The position numbers and the translations under genes were made by a program. From Oscillospiraceae bacterium (GTDB lineage: Bacteria; Bacillota; Clostridia; Oscillospirales; Ruminococcaceae), in assembly GCA_028692035.1 (NCBI GenBank), contig JAQUYD010000008.1:20678-84677 (forward strand): 64,000 nucleotides of DNA, written 5' to 3'. Positions 18,044-28,826 of this stretch are shown here, in pieces. The notes beneath the pieces are model-generated. The model was not told the DNA's origin, searched no databases, and was given only the letters and a program-made list of their open reading frames with translations. Every line of letters begins with the position of its first letter. Position 1 is the first letter of the stretch.

Positions 18044-19107
18044 GATCTTCCTCCTTTGTCATCCCTTCTCAACTGCCCACAGGCGGCGTTGATATCGCTG
18101 CCAAGTTCCCGGCGCACCGTCGCGTTTACATGGTTTTGCTCCAGAATCTGCTGAAAACGCTGTACCCTCTCGCGGGAACTTTTGCGATAATCCCGCTCTT
18201 TCACCGGATTGACGGGGATCAAATTCACATGGGCGCTCATGCCCTTGAGCTTTTGGCTCAGCTGCTGTGCGCACGCGGGGGTATCGTTCACCCCTTCAAT
18301 CAGCGCATATTCAAAGGATATTCGCCGTCCGGTCTGCCGGAAATATTCCCGGCACGCCTTGAGCAGCTCGTCCATGGGATATTTGCGGTTGACCGGCATG
18401 GTCTGCGAACGGATTTCGTCGTTGGGCGCGTGCAGTGAAATCGACAGGGTCAGCTGCAATTTTCTCTCCATCAGCCGGTAGATGCCGTCCACCAGCCCGC
18501 AGGTAGAAAGGGACACATGCCGCAGGCTCAAATTCAGCCCCCGGGGCGCCGAAAGGATCTCTAAAAAGTCCATCACATTGTCGAAATTGTCCAGCGGCTC
18601 CCCAATGCCCATCAGCACAATAGATGATATTTTCTGCCCGCTGTCTTTCCCCGCCATATAAACTTCGTTAAGCATCTCCGCGGGGGTCAAAGACCGCTCC
18701 AACCCCAGCAGGGTGGAGGCGCAAAACCGGCAGCCCATCCGGCAGCCCACCTGCGTGGAGATGCACAGGCTGTATCCATGCTGATACTGCATCAACACGC
18801 TTTCCACCGTTTCCCCATCGGCAAACTCGTACAGGTACTTGACTGTCCCGTCGATTTGGGACACCAGCTTGCGCCGGATGGCGATGCTGGGGATTTCACA
18901 AAGCTGATCCAGTTTTCCACGCAAATCAGCGGATAGGTTGGTCATCTGCTCAAAGGAATCCACCTGCTTTTGATGCAACCACTGAAAAATCTGCCCTGCG
19001 CGAAAGGGGGGCAGGCCCTGCTGGGCGCAAAAACCCTCTAGCTTTGGCAGCGTCATGGATTTGATATCTACCTTTTCTATGATTTTCGCCCCCTCCCACA
19101 CAGTCAC
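18037..19107 (-). CDS. rlmN: 23S rRNA/tRNA (adenine-C2)-methyltransferase RlmN (radical SAM)
   Basis: The radical SAM cluster is in STQVGCRMGCRFCAST. GIGEPLDN is also present. The start is uncertain (GTG at 19107 or the ATG of MTLPKLEGF). Confidence 0.92.
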   Translation of the reverse strand: MTVWEGAKIIEKVDIKSMTLPKLEGFCAQQGLPPFRAGQIFQWLHQKQVDSFEQMTNLSADLRGKLDQLCEIPSIAIRRKLVSQIDGTVKYLYEFADGETVESVLMQYQHGYSLCISTQVGCRMGCRFCASTLLGLERSLTPAEMLNEVYMAGKDSGQKISSIVLMGIGEPLDNFDNVMDFLEILSAPRGLNLSLRHVSLSTCGLVDGIYRLMERKLQLTLSISLHAPNDEIRSQTMPVNRKYPMDELLKACREYFRQTGRRISFEYALIEGVNDTPACAQQLSQKLKGMSAHVNLIPVNPVKERDYRKSSRERVQRFQQILEQNHVNATVRRELGSDINAACGQLRRDDKGGRSC

Positions 19108-19108
19108 G

Positions 19109-20446
19109 TCAGCGTTTTACCCGTACAAACAATGCTAAGAAAAATCCATCGGTGCCATTGCGATGTGGCATCAGCGTAACGCAAGAGGCTCCCGGCGCTC
19201 CCAAAAAACGGGCGGCCTGCTCCGGAAGCGGCGCCGCCGAAAAATCCGAATGCTCGTTTAAGAATCGCTGGACAATATAATCATTTTCATGCCGGTTCAA
19301 CGTGCAGGTAGAATAAAGCAACCTTCCTTCTTCTTGCACATATTGTGCGGCAGTGGACAAAATTTTATACTGGATGGCAGGCAATTCCCGCAGCGTATCA
19401 AGGTTTTTATAACGGATCTCCGGTTTTCGCCGGATAATACCCAGCCCCGAACAGGGCGCGTCGCACAGCACCCGGTCAAACTGCCCTAACAAAGGAGAAT
19501 AGACGCTGGCGTCCGCCGTGACCGCCCGAATACTGGAAAGCCCTAGCCGCGCGGCGCCTTTGCGGATCAATTCCGCCTTTTTGGAATACAGATCCCCCGC
19601 TACAATCTCGCCTTTATCCTGCATACGCTGCGCCAGGGTGAAGGATTTTCCCCCGGGCGCTGCACAGCAATCCAGCACCCGCATCCCCGGCTTTGCATCC
19701 AGCGCCGAAACGCAAACCTGGCCGGAAAGATCCTGGATGTGGAACAGCCCTTCTTGAAAAGCAGAAAGCTGTTCCAGGCTCCCCGCGTGTTCCAACCGAA
19801 TGCAGTCAGCAAAACGCTCATGGGGCTGCGCCGCCACCCCTTCTGTCTGGAGTCTGGCGCACAGTTCTTCGGAGCTGGTGCGGCAGGTGTTCACCCGGGC
19901 AAACAACGGCGCAGGACTGGTCATTCCCTGAATAAGCTGCTCCAGGTCCTCTTTCGGATACTGATTTTGCCACAATTTGATTAGCGGGCGCGGCACAGAA
20001 TATTGGATCGAAAGCCATCCTGCCCGGTCTTTTCCCGGTTCAGGCAGGCGGATCTCGCCGCCATCCCGCAAAAAGGAACGCAGCACGCCGTTGATAAAAC
20101 CGGCAGCCCGCTCCTTCCCCATTCGCTTTGCCAGCTGTACTGACTCGTTTACCGCCGCGGATTCCGGTACACCATCCATCCAGGCAATTTGATAAACAGC
20201 CAGGCGCAAAAGCTGGCGGACCAACGGATCCATCTTTCCCAACGGCAGAGAGGCATATTGCAAAATCACATAATCCAGCGTGATCTCCCTTTCCAGCACA
20301 CCGTAAAAAAGCGCGCTGGAAAAAGCCCGGTCACGGGCGGAAAGGCCGCTGGATTGCAACAAACGATCCAACACAATATTGGAATAGCTCTCGTCGGTAT
20401 CCACCCGCAAAAGGGCTTCCGCCGCAACCTGCCTGCTGTTTTTCAC
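19109..20446 (-). CDS. rsmB: 16S rRNA (cytosine967-C5)-methyltransferase RsmB
   Basis: 445 aa with a GTG start. N-terminal NusB-like domain. SAM-MTase motifs DCCAAPGGKS, DAPCSGLG and YSTCT. Confidence 0.92.
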   Translation of the reverse strand: MKNSRQVAAEALLRVDTDESYSNIVLDRLLQSSGLSARDRAFSSALFYGVLEREITLDYVILQYASLPLGKMDPLVRQLLRLAVYQIAWMDGVPESAAVNESVQLAKRMGKERAAGFINGVLRSFLRDGGEIRLPEPGKDRAGWLSIQYSVPRPLIKLWQNQYPKEDLEQLIQGMTSPAPLFARVNTCRTSSEELCARLQTEGVAAQPHERFADCIRLEHAGSLEQLSAFQEGLFHIQDLSGQVCVSALDAKPGMRVLDCCAAPGGKSFTLAQRMQDKGEIVAGDLYSKKAELIRKGAARLGLSSIRAVTADASVYSPLLGQFDRVLCDAPCSGLGIIRRKPEIRYKNLDTLRELPAIQYKILSTAAQYVQEEGRLLYSTCTLNRHENDYIVQRFLNEHSDFSAAPLPEQAARFLGAPGASCVTLMPHRNGTDGFFLALFVRVKR

Positions 20447-20468
20447 TCACGTCACCTAAAATCGTTTT

Positions 20469-21173
20469 TTAGTCGTCACGGTGCCGGCCGCCGAAAATCA
20501 GAATCAGCCGTAAAAGCTGGGCCAAAGCAGTCAAAAGCGCCGCCACATAGGTCATGGCCGCCGCCCGCAACACCTTTCTGGCGCCAGATAGTTCATCCCC
20601 CGCCAGCATTTCGGACGTTTCCAGCACCGTTAGCGCTCTGGAACTGGCATTGAACTCTACCGGCAAGGTCACCAGCTGGAAAAACGCCGCCATCGCATAA
20701 AACAAAATCCCCAGAAAAACCAGCGGCTGGTACTGAAACACAAAGCCCAGCAAGATCAACGGAACCGACAGCTGTGATCCGATTTGGGTCACCGGGATGA
20801 TCGCTGTGCGAATCTTAATGGGTAAATAGCCGGTAGCATGCTGTACAGCATGGCCTGCTTCATGAGCTGCAACGCCCACCGCCGCCACCGATGCGGAACC
20901 GTAGACTGAGCCGGACAAACGGATTACCTCGTCCTTCGGATCGTAATGATCCGTCAGGTTCCCGGCGATTTGCTCAATGCGCACATGGTAAAGCCCGTTG
21001 CTGTCCAGAATCATCCGGGCTGCGTCGGCGCCGGTGTATCCACGCCGGTTATAAACCGCAGAATATTTTTTAAAATTGGTTGACACCATCATTTGTGCCC
21101 AAAGGGCCAACAACAGGCACGGGACAATCAAAATCCAATAATATGGGTCGAACAGGTTATAAAACATAGACAC
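20469..21173 (-). CDS. Membrane zinc metallopeptidase (Zn_peptidase_2 / YpwA-unrelated neutral zinc peptidase family)
   Basis: 234 aa, with TM segments at both ends. HEXXH motif is in AAHEAGHAVQH. Confidence 0.82.
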   Translation of the reverse strand: MSMFYNLFDPYYWILIVPCLLLALWAQMMVSTNFKKYSAVYNRRGYTGADAARMILDSNGLYHVRIEQIAGNLTDHYDPKDEVIRLSGSVYGSASVAAVGVAAHEAGHAVQHATGYLPIKIRTAIIPVTQIGSQLSVPLILLGFVFQYQPLVFLGILFYAMAAFFQLVTLPVEFNASSRALTVLETSEMLAGDELSGARKVLRAAAMTYVAALLTALAQLLRLILIFGGRHRDD

Positions 21174-21274
21174 GCTTCCTTTATCAGAAAATCATAATCA
21201 ATCATTTTCGTTCATTTTGGAATTGGCATCTGCAAAACAGACGATCGTAGGATATATCATATCGAAAAATTATG

Positions 21275-22210
21275 TCATTCTGATGGGCAGGTTGTAAATT
21301 TTTTTTCGGACCCTGGCCGCCGGCCCCGTAAAAAATCCTCGCCCCGCATCCGTTTGCCGCCCTCCGGCTGCACCTCCAAAAGCTCCAGCGACCCTTCGCC
21401 GCAACCTACAATCAACCGCTTTTCGCCTTGGATCATGCCGATTTCGCCAACACGCTCCGGCAGCGGCGCCGCTTTATGGATCTTAAGCAGCCGGCTGTCC
21501 AGATAAGCGTAGGCGCCGGGCCACGGGGACACGCCGCGAATTTGATCGTACAGTTTCTTTGCAGGTTTGGAAAAATCCAACGCGCCGTCCTTTTTTTTAA
21601 GCATCGGCGCATAGGTGACCTTCGACTCGTCCTGCACGGTACGGACCGCTTTGCCTGATTCCAGCAGCTCCAACGTGTGCAAAAGCAGTCCAGCCCCCAA
21701 TTCCGCCAGCCGGTCCATCAATTCCCCTGCGGTCTCCTCTTGGCCGATGGGCGTTTCCACCTGTTCCAGCAGATCGCCGGTGTCTAACCCCTCGCCCATA
21801 AACATCGTCGTTACGCCAGTTGTCTCTTCCCCGTTGATGACGCTCCATTGCACCGGGCCCGCGCCCCGGTACTGGGGCAGCAGGGACGCGTGGACATTGA
21901 TGCAGCCATATGGGGGCAACTCCAGGATCTCTTTGGGCAAAATCCGCCCATAGGCCGCCACCACAATTCCATCGGGCCGCAGCCCCTTGAGGATCTCCAG
22001 CGCGGTTCCATCCCGCATCTTCTCTGGCTGGTACACCGGGATGTTATGCGCCAGCGCCAGTTCTTTGACCGGCGGCGCCACCAGCTGATACCCCCGGCCC
22101 TTGGGCCGGTCCGGCTGGGAAAATACCCCTACTACCTGATGGGGACTGTTCAACAACGCTTTTAGCGTGGGAACTGCAAAATCCGGCGTTCCCATATACA
22201 CAATACGCAA
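21275..22210 (-). CDS. fmt: Methionyl-tRNA formyltransferase
   Basis: 311 aa with a TTG start. Motifs RIVYMGTPDFAVP and INVHASLLPQYRGAGP. Confidence 0.95.
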   Translation of the reverse strand: MRIVYMGTPDFAVPTLKALLNSPHQVVGVFSQPDRPKGRGYQLVAPPVKELALAHNIPVYQPEKMRDGTALEILKGLRPDGIVVAAYGRILPKEILELPPYGCINVHASLLPQYRGAGPVQWSVINGEETTGVTTMFMGEGLDTGDLLEQVETPIGQEETAGELMDRLAELGAGLLLHTLELLESGKAVRTVQDESKVTYAPMLKKKDGALDFSKPAKKLYDQIRGVSPWPGAYAYLDSRLLKIHKAAPLPERVGEIGMIQGEKRLIVGCGEGSLELLEVQPEGGKRMRGEDFLRGRRPGSEKKFTTCPSE

Positions 22211-22235
22211 TCTCTCTCACCCTACTTTATAACGA

Positions 22236-22709
22236 TTATTTCCAGTTCCCATCTTCATCTTGGTACAGCATCCGTATGGCAATGTCCTTAAACAGCCGCC
22301 CGTCCAGATGGTCGCATTCATGGCAGATGGCCCGGGCTAGTAGATGGTCGCCCTCCAACACAAATTCCTTGCCATGGCGATCCAACGCTTTGACCGCCAC
22401 CTTTTCAGGGCGGCGCACCAGGGCGTATTCCCCAGGGCTGGACAGGCAGCCTTCTGCTTCATCCAACTCGCCTGCCTGGGCGATAATCTCCGGGTTAACC
22501 AGCTCATATAGCTTCTCGCCGCAATCAATGACCACCACCCGACGCAGTACGCCTACCTGGGGCGCAGCAAGGCCCACGCCGTTGCCTTCGTACATGGTCT
22601 GGGCCATATCGTCCAGCAGCGTAGCCAGGCGCTCATCAAATTTTTCTACCGGGCGGCACACCTTGCGCAGGCAGCCGTCCCCTTCCTTTACAATTTCCCG
22701 AATAGCCAA
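22236..22709 (-). CDS. def: Peptide deformylase
   Basis: 157 aa. TTG start after SD GAGGAGG. Motifs GVGLAAPQVG, EGCLS and HECDHLDG. Confidence 0.95.
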   Translation of the reverse strand: MAIREIVKEGDGCLRKVCRPVEKFDERLATLLDDMAQTMYEGNGVGLAAPQVGVLRRVVVIDCGEKLYELVNPEIIAQAGELDEAEGCLSSPGEYALVRRPEKVAVKALDRHGKEFVLEGDHLLARAICHECDHLDGRLFKDIAIRMLYQDEDGNWK

Positions 22710-22721
22710 TGTATTTCCTCC

Positions 22722-25151
22722 TCACATGGAACCGTCGTAATATAAATCTCCAAAGGCAGAAATTTCTTTGTTCTGCGGATCCTTGCCGAAGCGCACCAAA
22801 AGGCTTGCAATCATCCGGCGGAAATCTGCGGTGTTTTTGCATTTAATCAATATTTTATAGCGGTATTTCCCGCTGATTTTCACAATCATATTCGCCGTGG
22901 GGCCCAACACCCTGAGGGGAAGCCCTGCATATTCCCTGGCCGCCGTCTGCTTGAGATCTTTTAAAAAGCGCTTTGCCCCGCCAATGACCTGTGACTCCAT
23001 CGGCCCGGAAAAACCAATGGCGCAGATGCTGCAAAAGGGCGGGTAGAGCATCACCTTGCGGCCGAGGATTTCATCCTTAAAAAAGGCGTCATAGTCTTGG
23101 CAGGACGCTTCTTCAATCACCGCATTGTCCGGCACAAAAGTCTGGATCAGGGCCCTGCCATGTTTTTGGCCCCGGCCGCTGCGCCCAATTACCTGGGTAA
23201 TCAGACTAAAAGCCCGCTCCTGGCACTTAAAGTCGTCCCCGAACAGCGAAGCATCCGCCGCCAGCACCCCCACCAGCGTGACCTGCGGGAAATTAAGGCC
23301 CTTTGCCACCATCTGGGTACCGACCATAATATCGTATTCCCCTTTGGCAAACGCCTGGAATTTTTCGCTGTGGGCGTTTTTGGTCATCGTGGTATCCGCG
23401 TCCATCCGCAGGATCCGCGCGTCCGGGAACAACCCGTGAAGCTCTTCCTCCAGTTTTTGGGTGCCGATCCCCTGATAACGCAAATATCTGCCGCCGCAGA
23501 CCGGACAGCTTTCGTCCGCTGGGCGGGAATAGCCGCAATAATGGCACATCAAGCGGCCGTTTGCCGCGTGGTAGGTCATGGCAATGCTGCAATTGGGACA
23601 GGACGCCGCCGTATTGCAACCGGTGCAGATCACCTTGGTATGGTAGCCCCGCCGGTTCAACAGCAGGATTGTCTGCTCATGATTTTGCAGATTTTCTTCC
23701 ATCTCAGCCAACAACTGACGGCTTAACTGGGAATCGTTTCCGTCCCGCAGCTCCTGGCCCATATCCACGACTTCCACATTCGGCAGCAGCGCGCCGCCGT
23801 AGCGCTTTTCCAGCCGAACCAGATGGTAGGCCCCCTTTTGGGCGTAATAGTAGCTTTCTACCGATGGCGTGGCCGAGGCCAGCACCAATAGGCAGTTGTT
23901 CTGCACGCTGCGGAATTTTGCCACGTCCCGGGTATGGAAACGCGGGCTCGCCTCCGATTTATAAGTATGCTCCTGCTCTTCATCAACGATGATGAGCCCC
24001 AAATCAGTAAACGGGGCAAAAATCGCCGACCGGGTCCCCACAGCGATACAGACCTGCCCGGCGCGGATTTTTTTCCACTGGTCCATCCGCTCCCCTAGCG
24101 ACAGGCCGCTGTGCTGGATGGCCACCCGCTCGCCAAAAAAAGCAGTAAAATCCGCAATCGCCTGCGGCGTCAGCGAAATCTCCGGGACTAGGACGATCAC
24201 CTGTTTTCCCTCTTCCACCACCTTGGCGATCAACTTTAAATACACCTGTGTTTTGCCGCTTCCGGTCACGCCGTACAAAAGCGCTGTGGAAGCTTCTTTT
24301 TTTTCATAATCGGCCAAAAGGCTTTGATAGGCGTCCTCCTGCTCCAGGGTCAGCTGCGGGAGCGATTCCCGCCCGGGCCCGGATACCGGCGCCTGGCGCA
24401 GGATCTCGGCATCATAATAATATAAAAGCCCTTTCTTTTGCAGCGCCCGGAACACCGCCTCGGTCACACCGGTAAAATAGACCGTTTCCCGGACCGATGC
24501 CGTTTCCACCGTTTGTAAAAATTCCAGCACTTCCTTTTGCTTGGGCGTCAGGCAGATTCCCTCCAGCCCTTCGTCCGGCAGGGACAGCGCCAACATCCGG
24601 ACCGTTTCGTCCTTCATCCGGCGCTTTGCGGTCTCCTCCCGCACCAGAATGCCTTTTTGCAGCATCCGCCCGAGGAGGGGGCTCGCCGGTGACAGACCCA
24701 AAAGGCCCAGCAACGTTTCCTCCGGCGTTGTCCCTTTCCGGTTCCCCAGATAGGACACAACCTGTCGTTCGTCCTCCTCCAGCGGTTCTAAATCCCCATT
24801 CCACAGCGGAGACAGGCCATAATCATACCGCATTCGGTACCCGATACCGCCGGGCAGGATGGCCTTGACCGCGTCGAAGTAAGCGCAAAAGGTGGTCTCT
24901 TTTAAAAAAGTGACCAGCCGCAGCAGCTCCGGAGAAAGAACCGGCTCGCTGTCCAAAAGGGAAATGATCGGTTTGAGTTTTTCCAGGCTTTTGACTGGTC
25001 CTCGGCTTAGGACGATTCCCTGCCGTTTGCGGTTGCCGCCGCCAAAGGGCACCAGCACCCGCATTCCCGGCTGCAATACGGCGGCCAGCTCTACCGGGAT
25101 GGCATAGCTGTACTGTTTATCAAAATGGTACGCCGCTTTATCCACCGCCAC
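22722..25151 (-). CDS. priA: Primosomal replication-restart helicase PriA
   Basis: 809 aa with a GTG start. Walker A GVTGSGKTQVY, DEEQ box (IIVDEEQEH) and a Cys-rich Zn region (CTGCNTAASCPNCSIAMTYH...CHYCG...CPVCG). Confidence 0.95.
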   Translation of the reverse strand: MAVDKAAYHFDKQYSYAIPVELAAVLQPGMRVLVPFGGGNRKRQGIVLSRGPVKSLEKLKPIISLLDSEPVLSPELLRLVTFLKETTFCAYFDAVKAILPGGIGYRMRYDYGLSPLWNGDLEPLEEDERQVVSYLGNRKGTTPEETLLGLLGLSPASPLLGRMLQKGILVREETAKRRMKDETVRMLALSLPDEGLEGICLTPKQKEVLEFLQTVETASVRETVYFTGVTEAVFRALQKKGLLYYYDAEILRQAPVSGPGRESLPQLTLEQEDAYQSLLADYEKKEASTALLYGVTGSGKTQVYLKLIAKVVEEGKQVIVLVPEISLTPQAIADFTAFFGERVAIQHSGLSLGERMDQWKKIRAGQVCIAVGTRSAIFAPFTDLGLIIVDEEQEHTYKSEASPRFHTRDVAKFRSVQNNCLLVLASATPSVESYYYAQKGAYHLVRLEKRYGGALLPNVEVVDMGQELRDGNDSQLSRQLLAEMEENLQNHEQTILLLNRRGYHTKVICTGCNTAASCPNCSIAMTYHAANGRLMCHYCGYSRPADESCPVCGGRYLRYQGIGTQKLEEELHGLFPDARILRMDADTTMTKNAHSEKFQAFAKGEYDIMVGTQMVAKGLNFPQVTLVGVLAADASLFGDDFKCQERAFSLITQVIGRSGRGQKHGRALIQTFVPDNAVIEEASCQDYDAFFKDEILGRKVMLYPPFCSICAIGFSGPMESQVIGGAKRFLKDLKQTAAREYAGLPLRVLGPTANMIVKISGKYRYKILIKCKNTADFRRMIASLLVRFGKDPQNKEISAFGDLYYDGSM

Positions 25152-25189
25152 ACAGGCCGCCTCATAGGGTAAAATGGGAATCCTCTCCT

Positions 25190-25408
25190 TTATTTCTCCG
25201 GGGTGTCGCCGATATGTTCCGGCTCAATAATCTTATATTTGCCGGCGGCAAGCTCGTTCACCGCTATTTTGACCGGTTTTTCGGTCAGGACAATATGCTC
25301 CTCCTCCGCTTCCTGGGCAATCTGGCGCGCCCGTTTGGCAACGGCAACCACCAGACTGTAATAGCTCTGGCCATCTTTCAAAATCTCATTTACAGCAGGT
25401 CTCAGCAT
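25190..25408 (-). CDS. rpoZ: DNA-directed RNA polymerase subunit omega
   Basis: 72 aa from [10 protein letters not shown]...SYYSLVVAVAKRARQI. SD GAGGTGG precedes it. The ORF extends 9 codons further, and the adjacent ATG at 25411 is also possible. Confidence 0.85.
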   Translation of the reverse strand: MLRPAVNEILKDGQSYYSLVVAVAKRARQIAQEAEEEHIVLTEKPVKIAVNELAAGKYKIIEPEHIGDTPEK

Positions 25409-26012
25409 CATATTCCACCTCGTCAATAAATTCACTTAAATATTTTGCGGTGTGTTTGGCCGCGTTTACAATCTGCTCCAGCTGACTGGCCGCGTCCTCC
25501 ACCGTTTGGTTGACCACGATATAATCATATTGCTTTGCGGCCTGCATCTCCCGCGCCGCGTTGGAAAGGCGCCGCCGGACCGTCTCGGCGTCTTCCGTCC
25601 CCCTGCCGCTTAAGCGGCGGCTCAGTTCCTCGAAAGAAGGGGGCATGACAAACACCAGCAGTGCGTCAGGGCATTTTTCCTTCACCTGCAACGCGCCCTG
25701 CACTTCGATTTCCAGAACCACATCGATCCCCTTTTCCAGATTCCGCTCCACCGTCTCCCGCGGGGTTCCATAACAGTTGCCCGCAAATTCCGCATGTTCC
25801 AGCAGGCCGCCATTCTCCACCAGCCGGTCAAACGCCTGCCGGTCCATGAAATAGTAGTGCTGGCCATGGATTTCACCTTCCCTTGGCTTTCGAGTCGTGG
25901 CGGAAACCGAAAAGGCCGTGTTGGGATGGCTTTGCAAATATTCTTTGAGAACCGTTCCTTTCCCCACGCCGGAGGGGCCGGAAAAAACAAGTAAAAGCCC
26001 TCTTTTATTCAT
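25386..26012 (-). CDS. gmk: Guanylate kinase
   Basis: 208 aa from [20 protein letters not shown], with [11 protein letters not shown]. 8-nt overlap with the remA stop. Confidence 0.93.
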   Translation of the reverse strand: MNKRGLLLVFSGPSGVGKGTVLKEYLQSHPNTAFSVSATTRKPREGEIHGQHYYFMDRQAFDRLVENGGLLEHAEFAGNCYGTPRETVERNLEKGIDVVLEIEVQGALQVKEKCPDALLVFVMPPSFEELSRRLSGRGTEDAETVRRRLSNAAREMQAAKQYDYIVVNQTVEDAASQLEQIVNAAKHTAKYLSEFIDEVEYDAETCCK

Positions 26013-26268
26013 TGGCTTCCAACTCCCCGTCCTCTTCGTCGGACAGACGGTTGGCAACCGTCTCCGGCTGCACTGCCGACAGCACCACATGATCTGAGTC
26101 GGTGATAATCACCGCCCGGGTACGCCGCCCATAAGTAGCGTCGATCAAGGTACCCCGCTCGCGTGCGTCCTGTATAATCCGCTTAATCGGGGCGGATTCC
26201 GGGCTGACGATCGCCACCAGGCGGTTGGCCGAAACCATATTGCCGAACCCAATGTTAATCAGTTTCAT
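26005..26268 (-). CDS. remA: RemA family regulator (DUF370)
   Basis: 87 aa. [58 protein letters not shown] is the highly conserved RemA sequence. Confidence 0.9.
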   Translation of the reverse strand: MKLINIGFGNMVSANRLVAIVSPESAPIKRIIQDARERGTLIDATYGRRTRAVIITDSDHVVLSAVQPETVANRLSDEEDGELEANE

Positions 26269-26288
26269 TTTTGTCCATCCTTTTCGGT

Positions 26289-27167
26289 CTATTCGATATT
26301 TTGAATCTGTTCGCGGATTTTCTCGATTTCGCTTTTCACGTCCACCACAATCCGGGCAATCTCAATATCCTGAGCCTTAGAACCGATGGTGTTGGTCTCC
26401 CGGTTGAACTCCTGGATCAAAAAATCCAGCTTGCGGCCTGCAGGTCCGCCCTGTTTCATAATGGCACGGAACTGGTCAATGTGGCTGCGCAGCCGCACGG
26501 TTTCCTCTGCAACCGCGATTTTTTCCGCGTAGATGGCCGCTTCGGTCAGGATGCGCTGCTCGTCGATCTGGGTATTGCCCAGCACCTCGCTCATTTTGTT
26601 GTACAGCCGGGCGCGGTATTCCTCTACGGTTTTCGGGGAGCGTTCCTCGATTTGTTCCACCGCCTGCAAAATAAAATCCAGCCGGCCTTCCACATCCTCT
26701 TTCATTTTGGCGCCTTCCGCTTCGCGCATCTGAACAAAGCGGCCGGCAGCCTCGTCCGCCACCTGCAAAACGTCCGCCCAGACCGTTTCCTCGTCCTCCG
26801 ATTCCCTGCTGACGGTAAAAATATCCGAAAAACGGGAAATGGTAGACAAGGAAAGATCGTCGGTTAGTCCCAGCGGCTCCTTCAACGTCCGCAGCGCTTC
26901 TACATAAGACGCCGCCAGTTCCTGGTTGATCTGCACGTTGGCATTAGACCCTTCCATCGTTTGGATGCTGACGTTTACATCCACCTTACCGCGGGAAAGC
27001 TTGCCCTGCAAATAGGCTTTCAGCCGGCTTTCTAAAAAGCCATAAGCTCTGGGGACACGGGAAGAAAACTCGAAATACCGGTGGTTGACCGAGCGGATCT
27101 CCACTAGGATATTCCGTCCGTCCACCAGCGCTTCTGCCCGGCCGTAGCCGGTCATGCTTCTAATCAT
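26289..27167 (-). CDS. yicC: YicC family endoribonuclease / stress-induced protein
   Basis: 292 aa. N-terminus [12 protein letters not shown] and C-terminus [33 protein letters not shown]. Confidence 0.9.
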   Translation of the reverse strand: MIRSMTGYGRAEALVDGRNILVEIRSVNHRYFEFSSRVPRAYGFLESRLKAYLQGKLSRGKVDVNVSIQTMEGSNANVQINQELAASYVEALRTLKEPLGLTDDLSLSTISRFSDIFTVSRESEDEETVWADVLQVADEAAGRFVQMREAEGAKMKEDVEGRLDFILQAVEQIEERSPKTVEEYRARLYNKMSEVLGNTQIDEQRILTEAAIYAEKIAVAEETVRLRSHIDQFRAIMKQGGPAGRKLDFLIQEFNRETNTIGSKAQDIEIARIVVDVKSEIEKIREQIQNIE

Positions 27168-27327
27168 GATACAAAACCTCGATTTTTTTAACTATACCGG
27201 TTTGCCTTGTCTCATCTAAAAAAGGACCTACAAACCCAGTATTTTATTATTTTACTATTTTTCAGTCCTTTTTGCAATGATTCCAGAAAAGAAAAAGGGG
27301 AGGCCGCACCCGGCGGCTCCCTCTTCT

Positions 27328-28791
27328 TTAAAACTGACTGTGGCTTTCCAGCAGCCGCTGTTTGATTTTCCAAAGCCTGGGGGAAAGATCCACATAAAAT
27401 TTATGCGGGTTTTCAAACCGTTTTACCTCGTCCCACATAAGGTCTACCTGCTCTTTGCAGTAAGCGCGGATTTCCTCCAGCGCCGGCCGGTCGTAAATAC
27501 ATTTTCCCTTTTGGAACACCTGTACCAAAATCTTTTTGGCCGTGATATTGGTCAGCGTTTTCTTTTTCCAGGTCGCGTCCGGATCAAAAATGGTCACCGG
27601 CTGATCCGGATCCACCGTTTCATCAAATAGGGCGACATAATCCGCAACCGCCTCGCCGTCGGTTTTATTATAAAAACGGTAAATTGTCTTGAAATCTGGG
27701 TTGGTGATCTTCTCCACCGTCTCGCTGATTTTAATCTTCGGGATCAACCGGCCATTTTCCTCCACCGCGGCCAATTTATAAACGCCGCCGAACACCGGAT
27801 CAGATTTGGAGGTAATCAGGTTTTCACCCACGCCAAAGGAATCGATTTTCGCCCCCTGCAAAAGCAGGTCGCGGATCAGATACTCATCCAACGAGTTGGA
27901 AGCCACGATGGGGCAGTCGGAGTAGCCCCCGTCGTCTAATAATTTGCGGGCCTTTTTCGAGAGATACGCGATATCGCCGCTGTCGATGCGGACGCCTTTC
28001 GGCCTGCGGCCTAACGGCGCCAGCACCTCGTCAAATACGCGGATGGCGTTGGGCACACCGGATTTGAGCACGTTATAAGTGTCCACCAGCAGTACGCAGT
28101 TATCCGGGTACAGTTCCGCATATTTCTGAAAGGATTCATATTCGCTGTCAAACATCTGGACCCAGCTGTGGGCCATAGTCCCCACCGCCGGAATATGGTA
28201 ATCCCGGTCAGCAATGGCGCAAGCTGTCGCGTCGCAGCCTGCAATGTAGGCGGCCCTGGCCCCCAAAATCGCAGCGTCATAGCTTTGGGCGCGCCGGGAG
28301 CCAAACTCCATAATCGACCGGCCCTGAGCCGCGCGGACAATCCGGTTGGACTTGGTTGCAATCAGCGATTGGTGGTTGATGGTCAAAAGCACCATCGTTT
28401 CCACCATCTGGGCCTGAACGATGGGCCCTTTTACGATCAGCACCGGCTCGTTGGGGAAAATCGGCGTTCCCTCCGGTACCGCCCACACGTCGCATTCAAA
28501 TTTGAAATGGGCCAGATAGTCCAAAAACGCCTCGTCGAACATGCCCCTGCTGCGCAGGTATTCGATGTCCTCGTTGGTAAAATGTAGATTTTCAAAATAA
28601 TCGATCAGCTGTTCCAGGCCCGCGCAGATGGCAAAACCCGCCCGATCGGGAATTTTTCGGAAAAACATATCAAAAACCGCCGTTTGATTCCCATTGCCCA
28701 ACTTAAAGTACCCGTTTGCCATGGTCAGCTCATAGAAATCCATCAGCATTGTCAAATTCTTTTTTTCTGCCCAATTGGTTTCCATCATCAT
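27328..28791 (-). CDS. pncB: Nicotinate phosphoribosyltransferase
   Basis: 487 aa. Motifs LMDFYELTMANGYF, EFGSRRAQ and GTMAHSWVQ. Confidence 0.93.
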   Translation of the reverse strand: MMMETNWAEKKNLTMLMDFYELTMANGYFKLGNGNQTAVFDMFFRKIPDRAGFAICAGLEQLIDYFENLHFTNEDIEYLRSRGMFDEAFLDYLAHFKFECDVWAVPEGTPIFPNEPVLIVKGPIVQAQMVETMVLLTINHQSLIATKSNRIVRAAQGRSIMEFGSRRAQSYDAAILGARAAYIAGCDATACAIADRDYHIPAVGTMAHSWVQMFDSEYESFQKYAELYPDNCVLLVDTYNVLKSGVPNAIRVFDEVLAPLGRRPKGVRIDSGDIAYLSKKARKLLDDGGYSDCPIVASNSLDEYLIRDLLLQGAKIDSFGVGENLITSKSDPVFGGVYKLAAVEENGRLIPKIKISETVEKITNPDFKTIYRFYNKTDGEAVADYVALFDETVDPDQPVTIFDPDATWKKKTLTNITAKKILVQVFQKGKCIYDRPALEEIRAYCKEQVDLMWDEVKRFENPHKFYVDLSPRLWKIKQRLLESHSQF

Positions 28792-28826
28792 TCACCCATT
28801 TCATTTAAACTACTGTGCCGGCTCGG

